Below, one piece after another: positions 63,165 through 64,000 of a DNA stretch of 64,000 bases. The DNA lies in NCBI GenBank assembly GCA_028534125.1, contig CM052817.1:10046001-10110000 (forward strand), given 5' to 3'. The notes beneath the pieces are model-generated. The model was not told where the DNA came from, searched no databases, and worked only from the letters and a program-made list of their open reading frames with translations. Position numbers and translations under genes: made by a program. Each line of letters begins with the position of its first letter. The stretch's first letter is position 1. Source of the DNA: Lama glama (taxonomy: Eukaryota).

Positions 63165-64000
63165 CTAAAGGCAAGTAAGAGTGAAGCATTAATACAGTGC
63201 AAATATACAACGTGGAAAGATTTACTCTGTAGATGAAATGTTCAATAGCTAGCCAGGAGGAGTGTGTAATGACCAAGCCGCATCCGGGTAGTGTTTCTCT
63301 ATTTGCTTTCCTACAAAAAGGGTAAAACATAGCCTCAATTCCCCAACTGTTATGTTCTCAGGCCTTTTAAAGGTTTCTCTTCAAAGAGGGATAAATATTC
63401 AATGATTATGATCCTGAGAGTTCAGAATTTTGGGAAGAATGTTTCTTTTAAGTAGTGTAAGATATACAAAATAATTCTGAAATTTTAAATTAAATGAACA
63501 GTTTAAACATTTATTATTGTATATCTAACAATAATGATGTCTTCTTAGAAAAATGAATGTTAAGCCTGATGTAAACCTGAGTTAGGGAACACAGTGGTTA
63601 TGAAGGCACTTGTAAACTATCATTTCCACTGAAAACTGCACTAAGTATTTAAGTCAAGCCTATTGATTTTGACTTCAGATGCTGAGAAAATGATTCCATG
63701 AAAAGGGATTTCTACTTTGAGGAAGCTGAGAAGAGTAAAGGGTGAAATTACTTTATCAGTGCTTTGCAAAAAAAGTGCAAAATCATATTTTATTCAAGTA
63801 TATGAAAACATTCAAAAACCCCATAATCCAATCATCATATTGATGCAGTTGCAACTGCATTACAACTTAAATTTTTGCCTTTTGAAATAAAACAAAAAGC
63901 ATCAGAGTAAGACAAAGTACAATCCAAATCAAATCTAGACAACTGGTGACATTACTGTTCATTTTGGGCCTGAGGTAGGATTGAGAAATGCACTAGAAAA

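Noticed and set aside
1..64000. A novel multi-gene biological system
   Set aside because: All supported coding sequence belongs to PROM1 and TAPT1 in their known order; the rest is explained by transposons, simple repeats and candidate regulatory DNA.

Overview
This is a mammalian genomic window, most likely camelid (inferred from three tRNA-derived SINEs of the camel/alpaca Vic-1 type). Two protein-coding genes lie on the minus strand in tandem. At the left is the first coding exon of PROM1 (CD133/prominin-1; CDS 430..211), with its promoter CpG island and candidate non-coding first exons at about 5.1-6.95 kb. At the right are the last five coding exons (63164..55052) and 3'UTR of TAPT1. The ~45 kb between them is intergenic and repeat-rich (ERV1 solo LTRs with target-site duplications, an env remnant, MaLR/ERVL LTRs, L1/L2/MIR, Tigger1, MER elements, an 18-bp minisatellite) and includes a 500-N assembly gap. 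I see no evidence of a novel multi-gene system, and almost all ORFs in the supplied track are spurious. The most interesting observations are regulatory or evolutionary: uORFs packed against the PROM1 start codon, a probable 12-nt shift of the TAPT1 last-exon acceptor, a CpG island built from a GC-converted L2 inside TAPT1, and candidate distal PROM1 promoter/enhancer motif clusters. Repeat family names and human comparisons are from recognition/memory, not from searches.
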